The translations under genes were made by a program, and so were the position numbers. A stretch of DNA of 63,964 bases, filler included, from Octopus bimaculoides (lineage: Eukaryota), in assembly GCF_001194135.2 (NCBI RefSeq). It is 7 parts of 7 records of this genome, joined end to end, with 100 filler letters (N's around TTAATTAATTAA, not from the genome) between each part and the next. Parts side by side here need not be neighbours in the genome. Positions count along the whole stretch, not along the records: positions 1 to 15,201 come from NC_068999.1; 6 more parts are not named here. One strand, written 5' to 3'. Below the pieces are notes generated by a model. The model saw nothing but the letters and a program-made list of their open reading frames with translations. It did not search any database and was not told the DNA's origin. The first letter of the stretch is position 1. Each line of letters begins with the position of its first letter. Shown here one piece after another: positions 1-12,724 of the stretch.

Positions 1-840
1 TATATATATATGAATGTACATATATATGTATGTATGTATGTATGTATGCATGCATGTATGTATATGGCGTATTTCTGTGTATATATGTATGCATGTATAT
101 AAGTATCCATCAGAACATGCAAATGTATACTTTCGAAACCAAAAATCGAAATATAAGCCAACAACTCCCCTACAACTTCCAATATCATTATCAACTTATC
201 AACACCAGGAACAATACAACCAAACTAGCAACATTACCACCACCACCACCACCACCACACCAGTAGAAAACCATAAGTATAACATTACTGAAATTCCCCG
301 CTAAAATATACCATAGAAGTGTTGAAGAAGCTATACAACACTCTAACAACCTCCAGGTTTTCTTAAACTGGATCGATACGAACTGGAATCGATTTCCTAA
401 GTGAATACACAGATCCCCGATTCTAGAGTAAACTTGAGGAAATCTGTTAGACCATTACGTTTGAAAACCTCTGGTAATATGTAGAAATAATACATTACAG
501 AACAATTCTGCAATTACTATAGACATTAATGCTCGACCGTCTGTTACCATTATGTAAATTTAGTTGTGCTATTGATAATCTTCTTTATATTTTCTGTAAG
601 TAGCGCCACGCTGTGGCGAGGCTGAACTTTTGAATTACGTGTAGAGTCCGTTCGACCGGATTCAAACGTGTCTATCTAATTTCACATATGAAATTTGGGT
701 CGAACCGAGACAAGGGTAAAAGAAACTCACTCAAGTTGCCTCACAGAGAGATCACAAGCAAGTATTTGTAACTGCGAACTGAACTTATTTAACATTCGGT
801 CATGTTGCATGTATATTTCTGTGTGCACATATGCGTGAAA

Positions 841-868
841 GAATAGATAGATAGATAGATAGATAGAC

Positions 869-916
<48 letters not shown>

Positions 917-945
917 TGATTGATTGATTGATTGATTAATTGATT
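841..945. repeat. (GATA)n/(GATT)n microsatellite, representative of dozens of TA, CA, TATG, GATA and GAT tracts
   Basis: Direct observation; most N gaps are flanked by such tracts. Confidence 0.95.
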
Positions 946-1095
946 GATAAGATGTTTGCTCTGCAACCACATGTTCCGAGTTCACCTCCATTGCATGACA
1001 CCTTGGACACTTTTCTTCCACAATAGCCCCAGGTCGACGAAAACCTTGTGAATAGATTTCGTAGACGAAAACAGAAAGCTCATTGCATTTACATA
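946..1095 (+). mobile_element. Degraded 5' half of tRNA-derived CORE-type SINE (family A, octopus OR-like)
   Basis: accacatgttccgagttcacctccattgcatgacaccttggacac..aaccttgtgaatagatttcgtagacgaaaacagaaag aligns by eye to better copies at 13719 and 33069. Confidence 0.7.
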
Positions 1096-1105
1096 TGTTT
1101 ATATG

Positions 1106-1152
<47 letters not shown>

Positions 1153-1391
1153 NNNNNNNNNNNNNNNNNNNNNNNNNNNNNNNNNNNNNNNNNNNNNNNN
1201 NNNNNNNNNNNNNNNNNNNNNNNNNNNNNNNNNNNNNNNNNNNNNNNNNNNNNNNNNNNNNNNNNNNNNNNNNNNNNNNNNNNNNNNNNNNNNNNNNNNN
1301 NNNNNNNNNNNNNNNNNNNNNNNNNNNNNNNNNNNNNNNNNNNNNNNNNNNNNNNNNNNNNNNNNNNNNNNNNNNNNNNNNNNNNNNNNNN

Positions 1392-1722
1392 GAAGACGCA
1401 TAGGTCAGTGGTTAGAGCATTGGACCTACAATCGTGAGGTTGTGAGTTCGATTCTCGGACCGCGCTGTGTGTTGTGTTCTTGAGCAAGACACTCTATTTC
1501 ACGTTGCTCCAGTTCACTCAGCTGTAGAAATAAGTCACTGGAACCAGGCTGTATCAGCCTTTGTCTTTGCCTTGGATAACATCGGTGCCATGGAGAGTGG
1601 AGGCTGGTATGCATGGGCAACAGTTGGTCTTCCATAAACAACCTTGCCCGGACTTGTGCCTCGGAGAGAGAGGAATTTCTTGGTATATCTCCATGGTCAT
1701 TCATAACCGAAGGATTTCTTTT
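1392..1722 (+). mobile_element. tRNA-derived SINE (family C)
   Basis: A-box-like ggtcagtggttagag, B-box-like gagttcgattc, then gttcttgagcaagacact and ttgctccagttcactcagctgt; related heads/cores at 47635, 49573 and 61815. Confidence 0.8.
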
Positions 1723-1841
1723 ATATGCGTGTGTGTGTGCATTTTATGTATGTATACGTACTATATATGTTCGTGTATATATATATAAATATGCACGCAC
1801 ACATTACATATATATATATATACATGCATATATCTGTAAAA

Positions 1842-1913
<72 letters not shown>

Positions 1914-2388
1914 GTGTGTGTATACTAAGATGTATACTGATAGTGAGGTGTGTAACTATCTTCTTGTTTCGGGTGTTAATTTAAATCTAGCAAGCGTTAT
2001 TCAAAATGTCAATGCATTAGATTATATTCCCAACATTATCAATATCAAACTCATCTCCGAAAATAGTACCTTAAATATTTATTTCTTATTCATGACCTCA
2101 AAAATTCCAGTTCTTTTGTAGAATTATTTACACTCAGCGCTACACTACAGATTGCATGGTTTTTCGGCTTCTGTCGTAGCTATTCTGTCTTTGTTCGCTG
2201 AACCGTAAATACGGAAATATAATTCATTATATAAGATTTATATATACAAAGGTTCATATGTACAGACATACGTACAGAGGCACATGAACACACACATACA
2301 CACACATACACACACACAACACACACACATATGCGCAAATGCACGCATATACATACATATGGAGAAGTGGATCTTAACTGTGAGTCTT

Positions 2389-2445
<57 letters not shown>

Positions 2446-2502
2446 GGAATACCGAGAGACCGAGGGCGAGAGACAGGCAGAAAGAGATACATACATACAT
2501 AT

Positions 2503-2539
<37 letters not shown>

Positions 2540-2896
2540 NNNNNNNNNNNNNNNNNNNNNNNNNNNNNNNNNNNNNNNNNNNNNNNNNNNNNNNNNNNNN
2601 NNNNNNNNNNNNNNNNNNNNNNNNNNNNNNNNNNNNNNNNNNNNNNNNNNNNNNNNNNNNNNNNNNNNNNNNNNNNNNNNNNNNNNNNNNNNNNNNNNNN
2701 NNNNNNNNNNNNNNNNNNNNNNNNNNNNNNNNNNNNNNNNNNNNNNNNNNNNNNNNNNNNNNNNNNNNNNNNNNNNNNNNNNNNNNNNNNNNNNNNNNNN
2801 NNNNNNNNNNNNNNNNNNNNNNNNNNNNNNNNNNNNNNNNNNNNNNNNNNNNNNNNNNNNNNNNNNNNNNNNNNNNNNNNNNNNNNNNNNNNNNNN

Positions 2897-3240
2897 CCAA
2901 TCTGGCCAGCCCCAAGGAAAAACTAAGCTAAGAGTACTAGATTCCTCAGAAGAAAGCAGCGAATGTATATGAAAACAAGGACGGAAAAAAACGGGAAAAT
3001 GGTACACAAATACAAAAGCAAATAACAGGACATAACAACAGATGTCTTTCAACTAAGGACAAATTGAATTAAGCTGGCGTGTGTGGAATGAAGCCTTACG
3101 GCAGGGACATAAGAGATGACAGGCATAGTGAGGAATATAGATGTTGCACGGATGGTAGTCGAACCAAGAAAGAAAAATCAGGCTTGGCCAAACACCGGTC
3201 AGGTGGAAGGAGAGGAGAGAGGTAGAGGCAGAGGGATAGA
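2897..3240 (+). mobile_element. Possible very old RTE-like LINE 3' remnant
   Basis: Broken frame ..LHGW*SNQERKIRLGQTPVRWKE resembles the RTE C-terminal G-x-R-x-x-GRP-x-x-RW motif; heavily decayed. Confidence 0.3.
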
Positions 3241-3567
3241 AGAATTGGGGAGGGACGAGAAAACAAGAAAAAGGACAGAGTGATGTGAAAGACATATAAA
3301 TAGATAGATAGAGAGATTGAGAGACCCATTCATAAATATATACATGTATTCATATTTAGATAAACAACGTCAGATAATTTTTAAGTATTACTACATACAT
3401 GTTTTGTTATACAACCAAATTTTAAAAGTTCATCCCCGACAAAAAAAAAACAATTTAATTAAACAAAACAACAAGACGTACGAAAATCATCAAAACCAAA
3501 TCAAGAACAACACTAATGATATTTTAACATCAAAATATCAACAGCAACAACGACACTAACTTTAATA

Positions 3568-3794
3568 TTAGTTTCAAAGTTTGGCACAAAGCTAGTAATC
3601 TCGTGAAAGGGATTAAGTCGATTATATCAACTCCAGTGCTCAACTGGTGCTTATTTTATCCAGTGCTTATTTTATAATGAAAGAATGAAAGGCAAAGTCG
3701 ACCTGGGTGGAAGTTGAACTCAAAATGTAAGTACGGTCGAAATGCCACTAAGCATTTTATCTGGCGTGCTATGATTCTGCCAGCTCACCGCCTT
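3568..3794 (-). mobile_element. tRNA-derived SINE (family B, core resembling Meta/MESC domain)
   Basis: Reverse complement of the aaggcggcgagctggcagaa..gcctttcatcctttc..taagtaccag unit seen on + at 28726 and 30705. Confidence 0.8.
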
Positions 3795-3869
3795 TACACA
3801 CTAAAATTAATATGATCAACAGCATTATTATTGTTTTTGTTGTTGTTCTTGTTGCTCTTCTTGTTTGCC

Positions 3870-5042
3870 ATAGCTAATGTGCTTTACAGGGTTCCGTATG
3901 TCTGTGTTCTGTTTTTCTGTCTAGACGGTGGTATTTGTTAATTTCATTGTTAACCTTGTTGTTAAGCCGACCAGGACTATGGATGACTGGTACCTTCCTT
4001 TTGTTACTCGCCATACAGAGCAAAATTTTTAAAAAAGAGAAGCATCTGGAGAGATATAGTTTTTATCATTTGTGCCAACCAGTATGGCTATGTACAAGAG
4101 AATTTTCGATCGGAGGTAACAATAATGATTCAATCGTCCCACATACAACTGCAAAACTTGCACTGGCAACAATTTACCTGTGACGGTGCGTGATCAGGGT
4201 AAAAATTGCAAATGTAACTTTAAAACTAGACTTTTGGTGAGTGGTGAAGTGTGTTATGTTGGACAAACCTAACACGATACTAGAAATTATATAAATTAGG
4301 TTGCGATAGGTTTAAAGATCCTGGTTCGAGTAAAACCTCACGCACTGGACGAAATCTTCGACCTAATAGAGATTCCAGGTGTGCAGCAATTACAGAGTTT
4401 CCATCAACATTATAAGCATTATAATGCGGTCGTCAGAAATTCCACAGTGACATCCTATAGAGGATTAGAGACTGGAAAAGGCGTCCCAGATGCGAACAAA
4501 GCGACGAAAGTATTATGCATGCACTCGGCTAAAACCCGAACATTGCTGTCTTAGGGAGTTATGTCGAACACTTGTCAAATATCTGCTGGCACCTGACTCC
4601 ATTGTGAAGATTACCGTTGTCTACGTGTGGCCGGGAAGGTCAAGAAAGTTTTTATCTATCCGGTGGCTTGGCAAACGAGGTTGTGTGGTGAAAGAGCTGT
4701 TTTTTAAAATTTTATTTTTTTATCAAATTTCACTCGAAAAGAAATAGTAAGTTTGTCTAAAAGTGGATGAGAGTAGCAAGCATGGGCCGAGTGAATTAGC
4801 CAGCATTGAGTATGCATCTGTAGGTTGGAGAACAACTAAAAAAAAAGACATTATTGTTAGTTGTTAAGGTGACGGACGTTTTTGTGGAGTTTCTATATGT
4901 AGCCCTTGAACGAGACCCCTTTTGGGAAACTTATCTTTGCAAGAATATTTCCCATGGTTGCGAGTTTATTTCTCTCTGAAATATCACACTGGATCGGGCT
5001 GTGCTGTCATCGATCATTTTGTCAACTCTTAGTAAAGAAATC
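3870..5042 (+). mobile_element. L1/Tx1-clade LINE, decayed ORF2 C-terminus plus 3' UTR
   Basis: Across frameshifts: RPRCEQSDESIMHALG*NPNIAVLGSYVEHL (remnant C-terminal CCHC zinc motif), LAPDSIVKI, VFIYPVA/LANEVVW, FV*KWMRVASMGRVN*PALSMHL*; ends taaagaaa before an (ATT)n tract. Confidence 0.7.
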
Positions 5043-5043
5043 G

Positions 5044-5052
5044 TTATTATCA

Positions 5053-5124
<72 letters not shown>
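5044..5124. repeat. (ATT)n microsatellite
   Basis: Direct observation; other (TAA)n tracts at 26638-26740, 46286-46390, 49681-49740, 59627-59800. Confidence 0.95.
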
Positions 5125-5127
<3 letters not shown>

Positions 5128-5431
5128 ATATTCATATGCATATGTTTGAGCAAAATGATAATAAACAAAGAAAACACGCATGTGTATATGTTAAGATGCA
5201 TATATGTATGTGTGTACAAGAATGTGTATGTGGTCTAGGTGTGTGCGTGAGTTATCTGTGTGTGCCTGTGTGTGTCTGTGAGTGTGTCTGAGTGTGTCTG
5301 TGTGTGTGGTGTGTGAGTGAAGCAGAAATCTAATATGCAATTGAATTAGTGCTGCTGGTGAAAACATCAAATTATACATCTCACTTCCTCCCTCTCTCTC
5401 TCATTCTCTCTCTCCCTCTCTCTCTCATTCT

Positions 5432-5482
<51 letters not shown>

Positions 5483-6102
5483 ATTCACTCTCTGTAAATA
5501 GCATGAATGGAAATTCAAAAGTGACAAGAATGTAAATAGTTATTCAACGTTGTTATTTTCCTGTAGCAACATTTGGGAACTAAAATAGATAAAAGCCTGC
5601 AGTTATAATCCCAGAAAATACAACAGAGTGTGAGAGATTATTGAAAGTCACATAAATACTCGCTAAATCTCTATATTTATAAATCTGACTTAAGCGAAGA
5701 AACACAGCAGAGGAAAATCTGTTACATAGATTTTTGGGGTTTATTTCTTTTGGTTTTTTTCTTCTTCATAATATNNNNNNNNNNNNNNNNNNNNNNNNNN
5801 NNNNNNNNNNNNNNNNNNNNNNNNNNNNNNNNNNNNNNNNNNNNNNNNNNNNNNNNNNNNNNNNNNNNNNNNNNNNNNNNNNNNNNNNNNNNNNNNNNNN
5901 NNNNNNNNNNNNNNNNNNNNNNNNNNNNNNNNNNNNNNNNNNNNNNNNNNNNNNNNNNNNNNNNNNNNNNNNNNNNNNNNNNNNNNNNNNNNNNNNNNNN
6001 NNNNNNNNNNNNNNNNNNNNNNNNNNNNNNNNNNNNNNNNNNNNNNNNNNNNNNNNNNNNNNNNNNNNNNNNNNNNNNNNNNNNNNNNNNNNNTATATGC
6101 AC

Positions 6103-6138
<36 letters not shown>

Positions 6139-6228
6139 GACAGACAGATATACGCATGTATATATGCAGTTCTATATGCATTAAGAAGATATTTTATATG
6201 TCTATATGAGCATTGTAGAAATACATAC

Positions 6229-6278
<50 letters not shown>

Positions 6279-6329
6279 ATGCATACGCACACACGCATAG
6301 AAGCTAATAAGCTAACTTGAATATAACGC

Positions 6330-9100
6330 TTTGGCAGTGACATGCTTTTCTATATAACTTGGTCATTTGTACGGTGTTTAATAACTACAACATTACTCTT
6401 TAATTTAGGATTTTTTTAACATCCTGGTGTAACTTCGACAAAGTCACTCTGATCTGAACATTTATCTTGACAACTGAACAATGGTGTTTCAAGTCTTGGA
6501 AGCTTGTTCAATATAGCGCTGTTAATGATATTAACATATACATTTTTTGGAGCTAAAATAGCTATTAGTAAGAGTTTTCTTTCGGGCAGTAATGCATTAT
6601 TGTATGACATTTTTATGAAAAAACCAAAGAAATCATTTCCGATAAATCACAAATAACGTTAAATTCTTCAGAGATTTTAATTTTTCCATTTGTTTCTTCA
6701 GATGCATTGCCGTTTCCTCTCTACGAAGTATGAGGATTTTGAATTCAAATTTCTGCTTTTGTTCCTGTTCGTTATCTCTACACAATTTGAATTGCATGTT
6801 TTCTGTCAATTGAAGCTTATTGACATTCCTCCACAATTATAAATTATCAAAACAGGCGTCGATAGACTTTGTTCAGATGTAATATTTAATCACAGCAAAC
6901 GTTTGTCTAAAATACCCACCAAAAACTATAAGTATGGCTCCAAAACAATATGTTCGTGCCTTGACAGTTTTCATCAGTTCGACAGATCGTTCAGTATCTG
7001 TGGAAGGAAAACTGATTAACGCATTCTAAATAATAACACCAGCTTCTATGATATACAGTGCCTTCTCACTCTTTTCTGTAGCACTATGTACCTTGTTGAA
7101 TGGAATAGCTAATGCTAAATAAACTTTTTCTAAGCAAGTTGAGTCGGCCTTCTCTAAACCAGTATCATCCTTTGACTAGATTGGCACATTTACTCTTTTC
7201 AACATTCAAAATACCCGGTAAATCAGTACAAATTAATTAATTAAAAGTAAATGTTAAATAAAATGCAAAGGAAATTTTAATGAAAATCGTGTAAATTAAA
7301 GATTATTGGTGCAGTAATTCTTTTGACTTACACGAGAACGTTCATCAATACCGCATAAGACCTAGCAATATAACTGATACATTATCTTCTTCAGGAACTG
7401 AGGATGGTGGCAACACATCTGGCTATGTTTCAAATGTTAACTCCAGTGTTGCACGATTTTTAGCGATAATTTGTTTTAAAATATATCTTTCGAGATAAGT
7501 TGTTTTATATATCTGGGTTTTTCTTTCATAAATTTATCCTGCAGCATGTTATTTCTTGTTCGGTTATAAAATTGTGTTATTCTTGCACTTCACCTGTCAA
7601 CTACTTTAGCTTATTTTTGCTGCATCTTCCTCATTTCCATTACTGATTTCTTTGCCATCTTCCTAGCTCTAATCTCATCCATATTTTTCAATCCCTCAAC
7701 ATTATCTTATTATGGTTTATTATGGCAGCAAATCAATTTAATCATGAATGACTGATTATAGTTCATATATAGAACGATTATAGTTCATCGTTACTTTTTC
7801 CTTTCAAAAACAAATCTTTTAAAGTCATTCGTATTTCGTTCACCAAATGTAGACTCAAATATCTGGCCTCAGTTTATTCCATTCATTTTTTTTTCAGCTG
7901 TGAATACCTCTGCAGACTTTCAAGTATCGGCAATGTAGAAGACCAAGAAATTCTCGTATTGGCCTGTTGTTGTTAACTACACCTTTTGGTGCCCCATAAA
8001 CAAAGTCTCCGAGTTAATACATAGCGAAAATATTTTTTAGCAGACGTTCTGTATCAGGATGTTCGGTACAGTTTTCTAAACTAAGCCCAGGCCAATCGAT
8101 TCAGAGTGATACCTGGCTTCTGAAATGAAGTATTTAGATATAATGATAATTGTAATTATCTCCCTTTGTTCACACAGTAAATCATTCTATTAGTCATGCC
8201 TTGAAACGCCATGGAACGTAATCTTTTGTTGATCATCAATAACTTTACATATGGGCTTATGAAACATCAGAGTTGCCCAGCACAATGAAATGACCTCAGT
8301 TGTCAGTTCTTCTCAGTGTGCTTCTCCAACACAAGGCAGTCTCATTAGCATTCTAGATCTCGGAGCCTCATTAACGTCGTTATTAATTGCAGCAGCTATC
8401 TCCTCTACTGAATATTTTTCACCGCTCATTGCACAATACGTTAAGTCATGTCGTTGTCTACTTGAAACAATGGCACCCAAACTCATTATCATCACATTCG
8501 TAAAATCCGAGCCTTGATATTAGTTAAAGTTGAAAGTTATTGAAGTTCTAGAGATGGATCCAAAATAGATAGTAGTGCCACTTGCCCATTACCACGAAGC
8601 AAAATAAATGTAAAGTCCTTTCCTTTAACTACAGTTTTTCATCGCAATTGGATCATTTAGTATTCATATTTGCAACGTAGTTAGGTTGTAGTACAGAATC
8701 TTAAAATTCATCAGTTGCATGCTTTGAAATCATTACGTTCAATTTGAAGCAGCTTCTGCGGCCTTTCTTTGCAGTGTAGTGCATTGAGCCCTAGCAATAA
8801 ATCTACGGCAACTGTCTGTATCTTTGTCGTATCTTTGTGACTTTTTTTTATCTGTAGTTTTCTGTCCTAACATCTGACATCGTATCTGCTTTGAAGAACT
8901 TTCTACCAAATTTGTAAACTACGGTGTATACGTTCCGCTTCGATGCATGACATCTCTTTGCACTGGTTGACCTTGTTCATTTTTCTGACAATGACAGAAT
9001 ATTTTTAATTCCACACCTAAACTAAAACTGAAATAACTTCCTTTTCGAAGTGCTTGAATTTTAAATATCGGAACACAATCGCTGAAATGGAATCCTTGAC
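6330..9100 (-). mobile_element. Decayed, probably internally deleted Helitron (RepHel) remnant
   Basis: Minus-strand PIF1-type helicase motifs: AGVII*NA (IIWDE), FGAILIVFGGYFRQTFAVI (GDFRQ), LWRNVNKLQLTENM, AILAPKNVYVNIIN; upstream N-terminal block NMNTK*SNCDEKL*LKERT..FC/GNGQVAL..DP and MSLGA (cf. MTSFGA) at 8700-8470. Confidence 0.85.
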
Positions 9101-10734
9101 AACCAGAATGAAGTAATTAAATTGTAGTGTCGTGATGTTTGCAGTAATACAAAGTGAAGTACGGAAAAGTAAATGATTGACATGAAGTATTTGAAAAGAT
9201 GTATTGGCAAGGATATACCTAAATAATGTGTGAAATAAACTACATGAAATATATATTATATTAAAGGTACATTATAGAAAATCTTGGAACAATAATCCGC
9301 AATGGAGGTTGAGAGTTTGGGAAATTGAAGGAGTGAAACGGTATGCTAAGAATCTGATATTAAAGGGAAATTAACGGAAACTATAAAGAAGGTTTCTTTA
9401 TTTGACGGGAAAGTATGAAGAGTATAATTCTTAAAACAAATTTGTAGATGGCAATTTTATACATGGGAAAATGAAGAAAGTAAACGATAATAAATTGATA
9501 TTGAATGCAATGTATTGGTAAGACATAAGCAATTTGGAGGAAACGCTAAATTTTAGATGGTATCTATGAAATTTATTGATAATGTAAAGAGTTTAATAAA
9601 ACGTTCACTCTAAGGGTGTATGTATGAAAGTATAAGAGAGAGAGACTATAATAATTGGGAATTATATTGAAGAAGAATTGTGCGGAACGTGAAAATATTA
9701 AAATCTGTAGAAATCGCTGAATGTAAAACTTGAAACTATACGGGGTGAACTCATTATATCACGATTTATTAAGAACGTTACATTGTGAACGACATCCAAT
9801 GAATGTGTAAAATTGAAATGATGACAAAAAGGTTATAAGGTAAAATATTAATAAACCGAAAGTACAAAAATAAAAAAAAAACTTGTTAAAGTGAAGCCTT
9901 AACGAAATAGCGAAGTAAAATGGTATTGTTAATATGAAAGTTTAAGAAATTTGTTATAGTTTGGAATATGTCCATGTTATTAAGTAATAAAGAGTAGCGA
10001 TAGCTAAGTGAGATAAAGGAAATATATATTGGAAAATGTTTAGAATTTACTGCAACTTCATTTGTAGTGGAATATAGCGGTATTTATTCAGTTCTGTAAT
10101 TACGTTATACACCGAAGTTATAGACCGAAGTATCGAAAGGAATGGGATATTTTGAATTTTCTTTCAACCACTTGAAGATTTTTCAATTTTCAATGAATTG
10201 TTTTCAAACTTTCTACACTGGTGTAGTTTTGCATACTGATGACGAAAATTGCATACATTTTTTTGAAAAGAAGTTAGAAGCAATTAAACATGTGTAATTT
10301 TTGCCAGTGAAATATGTCCGTTCTCACAAGCGGAAGTCGAAACTGTTCGTTTTCATGGCAGCTCTAAGTGTATCGTTACTTATCCACGGAGCCGTGTAGG
10401 AGTTTTTGAAAAAGAAAACATAAAGGGAGCCGTAAAAATTGAATACAAGGCGAACTTTTGAAACTGAAAACATTCATTTAAAAGAAAAAGAAATTTCAGA
10501 AGAATAACTTTTTAAAAAATTCAGGTCCTTTTTTAAATGAATTTAATAAAGAAAGACAATTTTTAAATAATGAATAATTTCTTTCTTTCTTTACATGGAA
10601 CGTAATGAAAGAAACTGAACATTCTTTTCGTTTTCTTCCAGCCACTTGAAGATTTATATTTCTATACAACTATTGCCATAGTCACAGGTCGCGATAGAAA
10701 TAACAGTCAAAATGAAATGAAAACTCATTAAAAG

Positions 10735-11400
10735 TAAGCAATGACGAAATAAAACTAGAATTTTTTCGAAGAGATCGCGTATTTCGTGCCTGCGGCACCA
10801 CATACACTTGCAGTTACTAATCCACTGTAGAACTATGAGTGCCACAACGCCGCTTATTCCCTCGTTTCAGATTGGTCCAAGTGCATTCTACTTGCAGAGT
10901 ATGTGTTCCGCCTAAAAGTTCACAAATTCAACACTGTGTTTCACCGTTCTTTGACGAAATAGGTACCCTTGAACCTCAGGAATATGCGGGTATGTTGGCC
11001 ACAGGTCACTGCAAGTAGTTGTTCTCGGCAGAATTGATTGCCGAATACAATCTGCAAGTGTATCACGATCTCGAGAGAGCACAGCGAAAAGAAAAATTAA
11101 CTTCTCGAGTTTTGCGACAAACTCCGCCGAAAACCTATTGATCGAGTAACATTCAAACCCCAATTGTTGTATTTTCTCCTCAGTTTCGTCTATTTCAACA
11201 ATTTCGCAGGGGACACCATCAATCTTCATTAGGTTACGGAGCAAATCTTCCGCGCAGATCTCTCGTAAATAATTTCTGTAGTCTAATGCAGTGGTAATAC
11301 CAATCCCTAATTTCCCCTTACGACATCTAGTAGCTGTCGGTTCTTTCAGTGATACACTGGAGTTGCATTGGTAACAAAGCAGACTTTAAATTCATTGGCT
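10735..11400 (-). mobile_element. Merlin (IS1595/ISXO2-like) DDE transposase pseudogene
   Basis: LGIGITTALDYRNYLREICAEDLLRNLMKIDGVPCEIVEIDE..ILPRTTTCSDLWPTY..TVKHSVEFVN/GGTHTLQVECTWTNLKR..CGTH../MWCRRHEIRDLFEKIL; D-D-E motifs present, with frameshifts and stops. Confidence 0.9.
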
Positions 11401-11962
11401 GAAAATACGAAAATTTAAAAGTTTCTAACTTCTTTCTTATAGGTTTTCCAAAATGATAACCGCGATATTCGTCATCAGCATACAAAACCATATCAAAGTA
11501 TATCTGTTAAAATTTTTCAGATTAACATTTGTAGTTGAAAGAAACGAATAGGATTCCAGAAATGTATGGTAATTAAAAGTTTTAAAATACATATATAAAA
11601 TACATATATATTCATTTTATTTTATCTAGTTTCAGCTCATGAGCTGTGGCCATGCTGTATGTATACTTGTGAACGCACAAACAGAAAATGCTCCTTGGCG
11701 AAATGTTTCGCAGTCATTTGATATCATTGTATCATATATTCCTATAGTGTATATGCATAAGTATAATGTAACATGCATGTCGAAAGAACGACGGCCAGGT
11801 GTGCAACATGAAGGTAGTTCGGGATCAAATCATTTGTGATATTATATCGTTCTGCATCATACTCGTACACTAGTGAAGTTCTTTTTGCACGTTTTACCTC
11901 CCTAGTAAAAGAAAGTATTTGGAATATTTATATACATGCACATAAATACATACATACATAAA

Positions 11963-12240
11963 TGGCGCCTTGGGCGAGTGTCTTCTATTGTAATCCAAGG
12001 TGGACTGAAGCATTGTAAGCGGATTTGGTTTACGAGTACTGGAAGAAGCTAGTTGTATATACATTTTATGTGAGTCTTTTTGTGTTTTTGCTTGTCCCCC
12101 ACTACTGCTTAATAACTGGTGTTGGTTTCTTTATGTACCTGTAACTTAGCAGTTCGGCAAAAAAAATCGATATAATAACTACGAGGTTTAAAACTAATAA
12201 GTACTGTATCGATTCGTTCGACTAAAACCCTTCAAAATTC
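11963..12240 (+). mobile_element. Degraded family A (CORE-type) SINE
   Basis: ccttgggcgagtgtcttcta..gtaacttagcagttcggcaaaa..gattcgttcgactaaaaccct. Confidence 0.75.
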
Positions 12241-12529
12241 CAGGAAACAAATAGTAATGTCGTTTATAAGATAGGGGAGAATTCTAGAACTCCGTGTTGG
12301 TTCATAATAGATACGTAAGTAAAACATATGGGATCATGAGTGAAAAGCTCGCAAGTAATAGATTGGAAATCGCAGGTAGTTCTTGACAACTGTTTCTCAG
12401 GTAAGGTGTTCATTACAAGCAATTATGGACATTGTATCTGGTACGCATGTATTAAAGTAGATTAGTGCAAGTACCTGTATATAAATCAGCACTTAGTGGG
12501 TTGTACCCCCAACCCCTAACTCTCTCACG

Positions 12530-12578
<49 letters not shown>

Positions 12579-12724
12579 AAATTTGATGCTTTGAAACACA
12601 ACTCAACAACAAGATTCGATGCATTATTATGTAGAGAATCTTTTAGCAATGTTGTGGTTTTCTTGGATTTCTCGACACCTATAAAGAAATTGTATGTGTG
12701 TATGTGTATGTAGGTGTATACGCG

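Noticed and set aside
1048-1487. Long ORFs made of X runs and VCVC/YIYI/HTHT/IIII repeats (most of the ORF track)
   Set aside because: Translations of N gaps and microsatellites.
4246-4270. CYVGQT resembling a GIY-YIG motif
   Set aside because: Lies inside the L1/Tx1-type ORF2 remnant, is followed by a stop, and has no other GIY-YIG residues.
10236-10247. ctgatgacgaaa, hammerhead-like core
   Set aside because: No stem II between CUGAUGA and GAAA, and no stem I/III pairing.
10157-10655. 25 bp imperfect direct repeat (ttttct..ccacttgaagattt) about 470 bp apart
   Set aside because: Too short and AT-rich; no TG..CA or other LTR features.
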